Below are positions 26,276-36,145 of a stretch of 64,000 nucleotides of DNA, one piece after another. The translations under genes were made by a program, and so were the position numbers. Source of the stretch: Candidatus Latescibacterota bacterium (GTDB lineage Bacteria > Latescibacterota > UBA2968 > UBA8231); the NCBI GenBank assembly GCA_965223905.1, contig CBDCXV010000002.1, positions 320,001 to 384,000 of the forward strand, given 5' to 3'. The stretch's first letter is position 1, and every line of letters starts with the position of its first letter. Below the pieces are notes generated by a model that saw only the letters and a list, made by a program, of their open reading frames with translations, had not been told where the DNA came from and did not search any database.

Positions 26276-28009
26276 TCAGAATTTGAAGACAGTTTCTATG
26301 GTCAACACCTTGCGGCGCTCGAGCGTGCCGTCGGCGGAGCGCTCGAACAGGAACCTCGTCTCCATAACGGCAGAAACGCCGCCCGACATCTGAGCTCCGA
26401 GCTGGTAGCCGTAGAAGGTGTCCTCCGTCGGTTCGAAGAAACCATCGCTGGAGCCGGGAGTGCCCTCCTGATCCAGGTGGGCGCCGATGTTGTTTTTCTG
26501 GAAATACACCTCGGCGCGCGAGATTCTGGGAATTTTTCTCAGCAGTTCGGGTGAAACCCTTGCGGAGAAGTGAAGCTGCTGCTTGGGATGTCCCGAGCCC
26601 ATCAGGTGCTGGTAGTCGGCAAACGCGTCGAGGACACCGTAGATGTCGGTTTGCAACCGGCCAAACCCCCCCGAGACCGATTCGCCGCGGCGCAACTGGG
26701 AATCCTTCGGGGTCGCTTTTCCGGTGGCGAGGTCGATGCGCGCCCGGTCGAGTTCGTACAGGTTGTCGAAATAGCCTGAATCGAAGTCGTCCCGGAAATA
26801 GCGGAACTCGAGCCGGCCGTCGATGGGGCCGGCTCGCAACCACAGCCCCGGCGCCATCAGGCCGAACCCCTCGGCTTTTCGATTTCCGGCAACGACACCC
26901 TGCTCCTCGGCCTCGGCGTCGCTGAGCTCGTCGTCGTCATCCAGAATAGCGGCGATCTGACCGTAAAGCAGCACGTCGAAACGGCTGCCCTCGACGATCG
27001 GATAGCCGGCGTCGAAACCGACGATCGCAAAGCGGTCACGTCCGACCTTGTCCTTGTTGAACGGCCTTTTGCGACTGACATCCCGGTCGACCATGAAGCT
27101 GTCCGGATAGGTCTGTTCCAGGCCTTCAAGCACCGGGATGGCGCCGCCGGGAAGGTCGCTGTCCTCGTCGATGTCGAGGAGGCCGTCGTTGTCGTCATCG
27201 ATGTCGAGCTGGTCCGGGGCCCCGTCGCCGTCGTTGTCGAGGGCGGCCGTAGCATCCGCTGGAAAGGCGTCGACGGCATCTGGGTAGCCGTCGTCGTCGC
27301 GGTCGAGGAGGCCGCTGTACTGGTCGAGGTCGATTACGAAGGTGAGACCGACCTCGAGTTTATCCACTACATCGCGCGCGGCGCGAGCGCCGACTAGCGC
27401 ACCTCCCTGCTGGAAGTCCTGAAGGTTGTTGATAACCCCCTCGATCGTCACGCCCCCCGGCCAGGTCCGGGTCTGGAACAGCACCCCCGTTTTCTTTATT
27501 CCCGGATAGTGCAGCGTGTTTCGGTAACGGTCTACAATCAAACCGTACCCAAGAGTAACGCGATCGAGGGCCCCCACCTTGAAGAACAGCGGATCCCTCG
27601 GCTTGCCGAAGCGCACGTAGTAGATCTTGCGGAGAATGGTGTCCAGGGTTTCGGTGCTGTTGCCGAACGACCAGCCTTTGTCGCTGAAATTTCCCTTCTC
27701 GTCTATGAAAAGCTCGATATCGAAAGCCAGTCCCCAGTTTCCCAGCGGAATATCAGGGCGCAGGCTGAGCCGATAGAGCTGCTGGTCTCCCACCGTTACG
27801 CTGCCCATGCTGGCGCTGTACTGCGGACCGGAGCTGTAGCGGGATTCCGAGCCACCGGATGCGGGATCGGTCATCTGCGCGCCGCCTGCAGCCGGGCCGA
27901 GCAATGCCGGGCATAGAAAGAGGAGGGCCGTCCGGAAAGGGGGAACCCATGCTGGCCGCGCGCCTGGTCGGAGGCACATCCCTGCCATCGCGGTCAAAGC
28001 GCCTATCAT
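26276..28009 (-). CDS. Putative outer-membrane beta-barrel with thrombospondin type 3-like Ca-binding repeats
   Basis: GAGG RBS before ATG 28009; signal-like N-terminus; alternating aromatic strands; DRDDDGYPDAVDAFP...DNDGDGAPDQLDIDDDNDG; ends IETVFKF. Confidence 0.65.
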   Translation of the reverse strand: MIGALTAMAGMCLRPGARPAWVPPFRTALLFLCPALLGPAAGGAQMTDPASGGSESRYSSGPQYSASMGSVTVGDQQLYRLSLRPDIPLGNWGLAFDIELFIDEKGNFSDKGWSFGNSTETLDTILRKIYYVRFGKPRDPLFFKVGALDRVTLGYGLIVDRYRNTLHYPGIKKTGVLFQTRTWPGGVTIEGVINNLQDFQQGGALVGARAARDVVDKLEVGLTFVIDLDQYSGLLDRDDDGYPDAVDAFPADATAALDNDGDGAPDQLDIDDDNDGLLDIDEDSDLPGGAIPVLEGLEQTYPDSFMVDRDVSRKRPFNKDKVGRDRFAIVGFDAGYPIVEGSRFDVLLYGQIAAILDDDDELSDAEAEEQGVVAGNRKAEGFGLMAPGLWLRAGPIDGRLEFRYFRDDFDSGYFDNLYELDRARIDLATGKATPKDSQLRRGESVSGGFGRLQTDIYGVLDAFADYQHLMGSGHPKQQLHFSARVSPELLRKIPRISRAEVYFQKNNIGAHLDQEGTPGSSDGFFEPTEDTFYGYQLGAQMSGGVSAVMETRFLFERSADGTLERRKVLTIETVFKF

Positions 28010-28148
28010 GCAGGCCTCTTCAAGGACACCCCTTCCGCCAGTGACAGCCGCAGCTGCCGGGGAAGTACATGTGATTGGGAGATATCGCGTTTTTGGACAT
28101 GGGGAGAGCCGGCAAGGGCCAAGCGCAATCCTATTTTTCATGCTTCGG

Positions 28149-28174
28149 ATACAATTATATATATATAATTGTAT
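28149..28174. promoter_or_regulatory. Perfect 26-bp AT-rich palindrome in a divergent intergenic region (candidate operator)
   Basis: ATACAATTATATATATATAATTGTAT equals its own reverse complement. Confidence 0.55.
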
Positions 28175-28444
28175 AGGGACTGAGCACATACTGAGGGATC
28201 GCCAGGACCAAGTCAAACCCCCGATGCAACTCGACATGGTAGCAGCGCGCCCGCTTGCGATCCCCGGAGTTGTACAGGATTATTGCAGGGTTCAGCGGGA
28301 CCGCGAAGGCGACCACGGCACTCGCAAGCAACGACTGCTGCCCCCCAATGAGCTTGCCGGATACCTCCATACGGCACCGTCTCACTTCGTTGCGACGTAC
28401 CGCGAAATCTGTCCGCAAACTACGGCCAACCATGGAAAACCGAA

Positions 28445-30274
28445 ATGAACGCTGAAAATCTCAAGACCATGCTCGACCAGAGCATTGATCGCTACGGCGC
28501 GCGGACTGCTGTCCGCGTTCTCAAGCAGGCTCCAGGCCAGGAACCATCCTATGAACCGATCACCTATACCGAACTCGGCAGCATGCGGAACGCCGCGGCG
28601 GCCGGACTTGCCGACCTTGGTGTCGGCAAGGGAGACCGCGTCGGCATTCTCACCGACGGCGGGTTCGAGCCGCTGCTGGTGTTCCTCGCCTGTGACCTGC
28701 TCGCCGCCTGCACCGTGCCGTTGTGCAACAAGCTTTCGGAGGAGATCCTGACTCACAACATCAACCACTCCGGTATCTCCTTTCTCGTCGTCGATGGGAA
28801 ATCGCTGGGCCAGGTAACGGCGGTTGCCGATGCCCTGGAACAGCCGCCGAAACTGATTGTGACCGACGGCAGCCGAGAAGATGCCATTACGTGGGAGCAG
28901 ATCGTCAGCTGCGAAGCGGCGCCGCCGGAAGTTGCGGTGTCGCCTTTCGACGAGACGAAGATCCTCTATACGTCCGGTTCGTCAGGCCTGCCGAAGGGGG
29001 TGGTCCAGACGCACGCCAACATCGTCGCCAACATCCGCCAGGTGTGGGACGTCATCGCCGAGAGCGACACCTTCCGTTTCTTCAAGTCGGCGCCCGACTA
29101 CCACTCGATGGGGATCCTCAACATCTACTATCCCCTGGCAAAGGGATGGGCCCTCGACCTCGCCCGTTCCCCGGACCGGGTTCTCACGGACATTCGCCTG
29201 TCGCAGCCGGAGGGGTTTCTGACCGTTCCGCTGGTCCTCGACAAGGTCTACGGGAACGTGCGCAAGGAGATTGACGCGGGAGGAATAAAGGGCCGTCTCG
29301 TGGAGCGGGCGGTGAGCGCCCGGCAGCGGCTTGCTCGAGGGGAGGGCAGCCTCGGCGACCGGCTGGTCAACGCCACCCTCGGCGGAAGCATCGTCGCCAA
29401 GATCAAAGAGCAGCTGTCGAGGCGGGTTGGAGGCAACCTCGAGCTGCTGGTCGTGGGTTCCGCCAAGGCCGACCCGGAAGCGCTCGATTTTTTTCAGGAT
29501 GTTCTGGGCATTCGCACGTTGGAGGGATACGGAACCACCGAATGCGCACCGTTGATAGCGACCAACCACCTCCGAGGCCGCAAGACGGGAACTGTCGGCA
29601 GGCCGCTGTTCGAGGTCAGGCTGGTAGACGAACAGGGCGAGGTGCTCGCCTCCGGCGATCCGGCGTCCGGCACCTACCGGCCGGGCCCCGGAGCCGGTGA
29701 GCTGTGGGTTTCGGGGGCGAACGTCATGAAGGAGTACCTCAAGGACCCTGAGCGCACCGCCGAGGTTCTGGTGGAAAAAGATGGCAAGAGATGGTACCGG
29801 ACCGGGGACCTGTTCAGCATGGACGACGAAGGCTTTCTGACCTTTCAGGGCCGCGTCGGACGCCAGTTCAAGCTCGCCAACGGGGAGTTCATCAATCCGG
29901 AGTTGCTGGAGCGGGTGTTTTCCAGGGCGGCACTCGTGGAGCACGTTCTGGTGTCGGGCGACCAGACCCGCAACGGGCCGGTCGTCGTGGTGACCGTCGA
30001 CCTCGAGGAAGCAGGCAAAATCGAGGGGGTTTCCGGGGAGGAAGAGGCCATCCGCAGCCACCCGCTAGTCGCGGAGCGGATCCGGAGCCAGCTCCTGCAC
30101 GAATCCGATCTCGCAAGGCTGCCTGCACACGAGCGCCCGGTCAACGTCGTAGTCCTTCCCGCGGCTCTCACCGAGGAGGACGGCACCTTGACTCGAGGGC
30201 TGAAGAAGGTCGTCCCCAAGGCCGTGGAGGAGCTGTACGCCGGGACGATCACCCAGGCTCCACCCTCGGCATAA
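28445..30274 (+). CDS. AMP-binding enzyme, long-chain acyl-CoA synthetase type
   Basis: YTSGSSGLPKGV, EGYGTTE, GELWVSGANVMKEY, WYRTGD, EEDGTLT. Confidence 0.9.
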   Translation: MNAENLKTMLDQSIDRYGARTAVRVLKQAPGQEPSYEPITYTELGSMRNAAAAGLADLGVGKGDRVGILTDGGFEPLLVFLACDLLAACTVPLCNKLSEEILTHNINHSGISFLVVDGKSLGQVTAVADALEQPPKLIVTDGSREDAITWEQIVSCEAAPPEVAVSPFDETKILYTSGSSGLPKGVVQTHANIVANIRQVWDVIAESDTFRFFKSAPDYHSMGILNIYYPLAKGWALDLARSPDRVLTDIRLSQPEGFLTVPLVLDKVYGNVRKEIDAGGIKGRLVERAVSARQRLARGEGSLGDRLVNATLGGSIVAKIKEQLSRRVGGNLELLVVGSAKADPEALDFFQDVLGIRTLEGYGTTECAPLIATNHLRGRKTGTVGRPLFEVRLVDEQGEVLASGDPASGTYRPGPGAGELWVSGANVMKEYLKDPERTAEVLVEKDGKRWYRTGDLFSMDDEGFLTFQGRVGRQFKLANGEFINPELLERVFSRAALVEHVLVSGDQTRNGPVVVVTVDLEEAGKIEGVSGEEEAIRSHPLVAERIRSQLLHESDLARLPAHERPVNVVVLPAALTEEDGTLTRGLKKVVPKAVEELYAGTITQAPPSA

Positions 30275-30737
30275 TCCTTTTCCACAGAATCAGGGGTGAA
30301 TTCGGGCCACCTCTGCAGCTGAGGAAATCCCTGCTCAATCCATACCGCCTCACCTGTTCGATTTCACTTCAATCCGCGCCTTGGCGCTCTGCCACGGCGG
30401 CCGATTTCCGGCGGTGATTCCTAACACGTAACCGCGGACCGCAGGCGCCCGTGGGGCCGCATTTCAAACCCGACAGCTGGAGTCCTGTCCCGGAAAGATT
30501 GGAAATTCGGCCGTCGAGGCACCCGGGTCGCAAGGCGCCTGAGCAAGTCGTACCGAGGGTGTACGGCGAGGGAAGGGCAACGCTGGAATTGCAAGAAATG
30601 GATGGGACAGGACACTGGTTCCGTCCCGCTATACCCGGTCAATCGCCGAGGCGCCCCGGCGGGCGGTGCAGCAGCCTTGCCATTCACCTCTCTGGTTCCA
30701 TTGCGTTGTCGTCAGGCGCTTCGCCCTCGATCCCTAG

Positions 30738-31841
30738 CTATACCAGCAGACTGTGGATGTTCTGCAGGAAAGTGCGGTTGTCTCCGCCGAGGTAGATCAT
30801 CTCGCCACCCATGCGGCTGAAGCTCTTGCAGAACCGGACGTAATACGCGGGATGGTCCTTCGGCGGCTCTCCCCGCGACCAGTCCCAGTCGACCTCCGCC
30901 AGATCGTTGACGGCGATGAAGGGGGTCAGGGGACCGGTCCCCTCCTGGCGCCGGAGATTGTTGGCTATCGACACGGCTTTCTCGAAAACCTGCGGGGCCA
31001 TTACCGCCGAACCGACCGACAGTAGAACGCCTTCCTTTCGCAGCTGTCTCACGGCGTGGACGAAAACCGCGAAGTCGATGCCTGCCGCGCGTCCAAACGC
31101 CGCACCGTTGGCCATCGGATGGGTGTAGACGATATCGTAGCCGATCCCGGGATGCACCGTCAGCGGTACCCCGAGACGGCAGGCTGCCGCTGTCAGTGAA
31201 TTCTCCATGTGGCGGTGCTCGACGCGGAGAAACCCCTCCGGTATCTCGAAGCGTTCGAGGCAGTGCAACAGGTCGGCCTGCGCCGGCAGCAGGGCGGGGT
31301 TTCCAGTCTCGCACGCATCGCTGACGGCATGCCACAGGTCCTCGCGGCGCGGGATTTCACAACCGCCGTCCAGCACGAACCTCCCGATCGATTCCCCGTA
31401 CCCCATACCCGCCAGCGCACCGGTCAGTACGGCGAGGAGCGTGAAGCGGCCGGTCTCGTCCCAACAGCCGAAGCGGCCCTCGGCGACATGGGAGCGCACG
31501 TCTTCTTCGGAGCGGCCGTGGAAAGCGTACTCCCAGTCGTGGATGACTCCCGCACCGTTGGTCGCAAGATGGGTGACCCAGCCAGCCTCCATCAGCTCTT
31601 CGACCACCGCTCCAAGGCCATTTTTGACGAGGTGTGCGCCAAAGGCAAGCACCACGGAGGCTCCCGACGCGCGCGCCGCACGGATGCGCTCGGCGACGAT
31701 CTCCATCTTTTCCGCCAGGTCTCCGGCAGGCGGCGGCGGCGACTGCGGATCGACGCGAAGGGACTCGAAGGCCTGTTTGCTGCGGCGAACAGCAAGAGGC
31801 TGGACCTCGATTCGGGTCAGGTCCTCCCGTTCATGTGCCAC
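30738..31841 (-). CDS. Conserved hypothetical protein, deoxyhypusine-synthase-like fold
   Basis: FGAHLVKNG, HLATNGAGVIHDWE, PLTVHPGIGYDI, VGSAVMAPQVFEKA. Confidence 0.65.
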   Translation of the reverse strand: MAHEREDLTRIEVQPLAVRRSKQAFESLRVDPQSPPPPAGDLAEKMEIVAERIRAARASGASVVLAFGAHLVKNGLGAVVEELMEAGWVTHLATNGAGVIHDWEYAFHGRSEEDVRSHVAEGRFGCWDETGRFTLLAVLTGALAGMGYGESIGRFVLDGGCEIPRREDLWHAVSDACETGNPALLPAQADLLHCLERFEIPEGFLRVEHRHMENSLTAAACRLGVPLTVHPGIGYDIVYTHPMANGAAFGRAAGIDFAVFVHAVRQLRKEGVLLSVGSAVMAPQVFEKAVSIANNLRRQEGTGPLTPFIAVNDLAEVDWDWSRGEPPKDHPAYYVRFCKSFSRMGGEMIYLGGDNRTFLQNIHSLLV

Positions 31842-32871
31842 TGTCCACCTCCCGGAAACGCCTGGCGATCTGCGCCGGGCTCGCCGTTCCGGTGGTTCCG
31901 ATCTGCTGTACCGTAATGGACCCGGCGAGATTGGCTACGAACGCAGCCTCGGAGAGGCCGGCTCCGGCGCTCAGCGAGGCGACGATGGCGGCCGAGGTCG
32001 AATCTCCCGCGCCAACCGGATCGATCGGTCCGTCCGCAGGAAAACCGGCCAGATGTTCGACACGGTCTCCGACGGCCACCAGCATCCCCCTTTCCGACAG
32101 TGTCAGGAAAACGGGGCGCCCCGTGTGCAGAGACAGCTGCGCTGCCCGCTTCCTGGAATCTCCCAGGGGAATTCGCGTCCTGTCGGACGGGGCTTCCTCG
32201 AGGGCCGCCGCGGCCTCGCGCTCGTTGGGCTTGACGATCACGTCCCGGTACAACCCGATGCGTTCGCGGGAGTCGGCGAGGAAGATCGTGTCCTCGCGCT
32301 CCCGGGCGAGGCGGGTGAGAAACCGGCGAACCCGCGTTGTTACGACTCCGCAGTTTGGCTCGTTCGCCTGGTCGACGATGATGACGCCGTCCCAGCGGGG
32401 GACGTTCTCCCGGATGAAACCGACGATCCGCTCCTGCAGGAGGCGCGGTGTGGGCCGCCGGTTCTTGATGTCGATGCGCTCGAGCTCCTCCACGACCCGT
32501 CCTGAGTCGACGTAGCAGGGCTTGGCGTACGTCGGTGTGAAGCGATCGTCGCCGGTGAAGAATCCGTCCGTTCGCAGACCGAGTTCCCCCATCGCCCGCC
32601 GCAATTCGTACCCCTCGCCGTCGTCGCCACAGTAGCCCACGGCCTCGACGGTACCTACTTCCAAGGCGGCGAGGTTGGCCGCAACCGTTCCGGCCGCCCC
32701 CGCCTGCCGGCGGGTGTCGACGACCTGGTAGCAGCGTTTCCCCGTCTCAAGCGACGTCTCTTCCAGGTCGCGTTGGCAGTCGTAGTAAGCGTCGAGAAAG
32801 AAATCGCCCACCACCGAGACGGTGAGTTCGTGGAAGGAGCGCAGCAATCGTCGCAGACCGCCTGCGGTCAT
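31831..32871 (-). CDS. PfkB-family sugar kinase, HldE/RfaE kinase-domain-like
   Basis: VVGDFFLDAY, GAAGTVAANL, KPNERE, TLSERGM, DPVGAGDS, AFVANLAGS. Confidence 0.88.
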   Translation of the reverse strand: MTAGGLRRLLRSFHELTVSVVGDFFLDAYYDCQRDLEETSLETGKRCYQVVDTRRQAGAAGTVAANLAALEVGTVEAVGYCGDDGEGYELRRAMGELGLRTDGFFTGDDRFTPTYAKPCYVDSGRVVEELERIDIKNRRPTPRLLQERIVGFIRENVPRWDGVIIVDQANEPNCGVVTTRVRRFLTRLAREREDTIFLADSRERIGLYRDVIVKPNEREAAAALEEAPSDRTRIPLGDSRKRAAQLSLHTGRPVFLTLSERGMLVAVGDRVEHLAGFPADGPIDPVGAGDSTSAAIVASLSAGAGLSEAAFVANLAGSITVQQIGTTGTASPAQIARRFREVDSGT

Positions 32872-33779
32872 CGCGACCCCACGCCCGAGACCTGCTCGTG
32901 GGGATCATCCTTGGCGCCTGGGACTCCCAGGTGGTCGAGGATGAGGTCCGCCTCGCTCCAGTCAGGGACCAGAATCTGTGCGCCCACTCCAAGCAGACGC
33001 TCCTTTTTCCACAGATCCCATCCCTGTCCACCGGTTTCCAGGCTCGCGACCCCGACGGCGACACCCCCTGTCGCGCGCGCATTCTCCAGCTCGACGTAGC
33101 CATCCCCGAAGGCGGCCAGCTGCGAACCGTCAAGCTGGTACGACCTGAGTATGTCTTCAATGACGATTTTCTTGGAGAACGATCGGTAGTCCTGCCGCGC
33201 CCCGTGGATGCGGCTCCCGAAATAGGGAGTCAGCCCCAGCAGCTCTGCCTCCTCGACCACGTACTCGTGATCGGTGCCGCTGGCGAGATGGCAGACGATC
33301 CCGGCTCGCCGAAGTCTCTCCAGCAGGCGTCCGGACCCGCGGACCATGTACGCCTCCGGAGGTCGGTGCCGGCTGCGCACGCTTTCCAGACGCCCGGCGA
33401 TACGTTTGTTCAACAAAGTCAGGTACTGTCGTTTGTACTCTGCGGCGGGTACGCAGTCTGCACCCCGCTTTCGCATCTCTTCCTCCAGCCGCAGCATCTG
33501 GAAGATCGTCTGTTTTCCCGTAAGCCTGGTGATGAATTCTCGGCAAAGATACTCGAGCTGTTTCGGAGTCTCGGCGGTTTCGGCGCTGCCCAGCACGGTG
33601 ACGAACTGGTGCGTCATCACCTCCTGCCAGCCTCCGCGAAGCAGGGACAAGGTGCCGTCGAAATCGAACAGCGCGTGGCCAATGCGATTCGGTGGCAACG
33701 GCTGCAGACCGTGTATTTCTATCGCTTTTCCTGGGAAAACCGGAAGGGTCGCGGCGGGTTTCACAGCGCCCAACTTCAT
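32868..33779 (-). CDS. HAD-family hydrolase/phosphatase
   Basis: LFDFDGTLS (motif I), LASGT (II), SKK (III), FGDGYVE (IV). GGGAG RBS before MKLGAV. Confidence 0.88.
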   Translation of the reverse strand: MKLGAVKPAATLPVFPGKAIEIHGLQPLPPNRIGHALFDFDGTLSLLRGGWQEVMTHQFVTVLGSAETAETPKQLEYLCREFITRLTGKQTIFQMLRLEEEMRKRGADCVPAAEYKRQYLTLLNKRIAGRLESVRSRHRPPEAYMVRGSGRLLERLRRAGIVCHLASGTDHEYVVEEAELLGLTPYFGSRIHGARQDYRSFSKKIVIEDILRSYQLDGSQLAAFGDGYVELENARATGGVAVGVASLETGGQGWDLWKKERLLGVGAQILVPDWSEADLILDHLGVPGAKDDPHEQVSGVGSR

Positions 33780-33933
33780 CGCTCCCGGGGGGTCGGTCAA
33801 GGGAAGCCTCGGCCTTCGGCAGGCAGCCCTCCGCGCTTGATGCATCAAGAGAAATGCCATAATTTACTGCAAGTTAGGTCAGTATGACGGCTGCGCGCAT
33901 TGCAGCCGAGACAGTGGACTCACAGCGAAAATT

Positions 33934-34839
33934 GTGACTATTTCAAAAGCGGTTCTGCCGGTTGCCGGCAGGGGTACCCGGCTGCTGCCGGCAACCAAAT
34001 CCCAACCGAAGGAGATGCTTCCCGTTGGCACCAAGCCGGTCGTGCAGCACGTGGTCGAGGAGCTGGTCGAGGAAGGAGTCGACAAGCTTCTGTTCGTCAC
34101 CGGCCGCAAAAAGCGGTCGATAGAAGACCATTTCGACGATGATCCCGAACTCGACAGTCTGCTTCAGGAAAAAGGGGAATCGGTCGCACAGCTCGATTAC
34201 GAAAAGGAAGGGGTGGAGTTCTTCTACGTCCGGCAGCGGCGGCCCCTGGGAAACGCCGATGCGATCCGACTTGGCGCCCGGTTTGTCGGCGAAGAGCCTT
34301 TCCTGGTCGGATTCGGAGATACGATCATCCGCTCTCCGCACAAACCGGGAGTTGTAGGGCGCATGATCGCTGCCCACCTGGGAAACGATGTGGCGGCAAC
34401 TATCGCCGTCTGGGAGGTGCCGGCGGAAGAGGTCGAGCGCTACGGCATTGTGAAGCCAAGCTTCGTAACCGGCGACAGCGACTGCTTCGAAATTTCCGAG
34501 ATCGTCGAAAAACCGAGCCCCGAACAGGCCCCCAGCCATCTCGCGGTTGCGGCCCGCTACATCTTCGACCGCCGCGTGTTCGCGGCGATAGAAAAAATCG
34601 AGACCGGCCATGGAGGGGAACTCTGGTTGACGGATGCGATCCAGATTCTGATTGACGAGGGGCACGGAGTTCAGTGCTTGCGCCTGCTTCCGGACGAGAG
34701 GCGGTACGACATCGGAAGTCCAAACACTTACTACCGAGCATTCGCTGATTTTGCACTCGCCGATCCCCACCACGGCCCGGTGCTGGCCGACTATCTCAGA
34801 ACCAGGCTTCTGCCAGGTGCTGAGGAGGTCGGATCGTGA
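33934..34839 (+). CDS. galU: UTP-glucose-1-phosphate uridylyltransferase
   Basis: KAVLPVAGRGTRLLPATKSQPKEMLPV, IEDHFD, VEKP, GELWLTDAI, RYDIG. Confidence 0.88.
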   Translation: MTISKAVLPVAGRGTRLLPATKSQPKEMLPVGTKPVVQHVVEELVEEGVDKLLFVTGRKKRSIEDHFDDDPELDSLLQEKGESVAQLDYEKEGVEFFYVRQRRPLGNADAIRLGARFVGEEPFLVGFGDTIIRSPHKPGVVGRMIAAHLGNDVAATIAVWEVPAEEVERYGIVKPSFVTGDSDCFEISEIVEKPSPEQAPSHLAVAARYIFDRRVFAAIEKIETGHGGELWLTDAIQILIDEGHGVQCLRLLPDERRYDIGSPNTYYRAFADFALADPHHGPVLADYLRTRLLPGAEEVGS

Positions 34840-36113
34840 TAGTCGCTCTCGACTACGGCCGCAAGGGAATCGAGGCGGAGGTGCCGGACGACGCAGAGAT
34901 CCTGTCGATGGCGGCTATGCCCGGCTTGGATCCCATCGAAGAGCGGCTCTACGAATCCCTGCGGGCTCCTTCCGGAACGGCGCCACTCATCGATCTGGCT
35001 CGCGGCCGGGAGGACGCATGCGTCGTCATCTCCGACATCACCCGGCCGGTTCCCAACTCCGTGATCCTTCCACCCATCCTATACACTCTGGAAAACGCCG
35101 GTATAGCGCGCGATGCCATTACCATCCTGATCGCCACCGGCCTGCACCGCCCCAACGAGGGGGAGGAACTGGTCGAGCTCGTCGGCTCCGAGATCGTGCA
35201 GAAATACCGCATCGAGAACCACCGGGCCAGGGATCGCCGCAGCCTGGCCTACCTCGGAGATACCTCGGCAGGGGCTCCGATCTGGGTGGACCGCCTCTAC
35301 CTCGAAGCCGATCTGAAGATCGCCACCTCGTTGATCGAACCCCACCTGATGGCCGGATACTCGGGTGGACGCAAGGCGATCTGTCCCGGGTTGATGGGTG
35401 TCGATACGGTGAAGGTGCTGCACGGACCTGAGCTGATGGGGCACCCCCGATCCGCCGAGGGGATCATCGAAGGCAACCCTTTTCACGAGCAGGCCTTGGA
35501 AGTAGCCCGGACTGTCGGAGTCGACCTCACTCTCAACGTGGCGATGAATGAAAAGCGGAAGATTACCGGCATTTTCTCCGGCGATCTGGAGAAGGCCCAC
35601 GCCGAGGGCGTGGCATTCGTCGAAGAGGCTGCCTTGGCTACCGTTGACGAGGCTGTCGACGTCGTGGTCACGACTAGCGCCGGGTTTCCCCTCGACCTGA
35701 CCTTCTACCAGGCGGTCAAGGGAATGACGGCGGTGCTGCCGATCCTCCGCGAGGGCGGCACCATCGTTATCGCCGCCAGCTGTGACGAAGGGCTGGGAAG
35801 CCGGGAGTTCAGCAAGCTGTTGTTGGGGACAACCGGGCTCGATGAGTTCGCCGGCAAATTGGAGTCGCGTGATTTCTTCGTCGAGGACCAGTGGCAGTTG
35901 CAGGAGTTGTGCAAGGTGCTCGCCAAGGCAAGGGTGAAGCTTTATTCTCAGAAGATCGCCCGCGATTTCGGAGCCTCCTTGCCGATGGTCGACGTAGTTC
36001 CCTCGGTAGAGGCGGGAATAGATGAAGCTCTCCGCGATTCCGCTAAAAAGGTCCGTGTAGCCGTCGTCCCGAAAGGGCCCTACGTGCTTCCGCGATTGAG
36101 ATCGAGTCGCTGA
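34836..36113 (+). CDS. larA: Nickel-pincer-dependent lactate racemase family protein
   Basis: SDITRPVP, ATGLHR, PHLMAGYSGGRKAICPG, GNPFH, FYQAVKG. Confidence 0.9.
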   Translation: MIVALDYGRKGIEAEVPDDAEILSMAAMPGLDPIEERLYESLRAPSGTAPLIDLARGREDACVVISDITRPVPNSVILPPILYTLENAGIARDAITILIATGLHRPNEGEELVELVGSEIVQKYRIENHRARDRRSLAYLGDTSAGAPIWVDRLYLEADLKIATSLIEPHLMAGYSGGRKAICPGLMGVDTVKVLHGPELMGHPRSAEGIIEGNPFHEQALEVARTVGVDLTLNVAMNEKRKITGIFSGDLEKAHAEGVAFVEEAALATVDEAVDVVVTTSAGFPLDLTFYQAVKGMTAVLPILREGGTIVIAASCDEGLGSREFSKLLLGTTGLDEFAGKLESRDFFVEDQWQLQELCKVLAKARVKLYSQKIARDFGASLPMVDVVPSVEAGIDEALRDSAKKVRVAVVPKGPYVLPRLRSSR

Positions 36114-36145
36114 GACGACGGAATGGCTTAGAGGAACAGATTCTC

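Noticed and set aside
30476-30620. Assignment as 6S RNA, cobalamin riboswitch or glycine riboswitch
   Set aside because: Only fragmentary resemblance, and the position between convergent 3' ends does not fit a riboswitch; kept only as an unassigned candidate.
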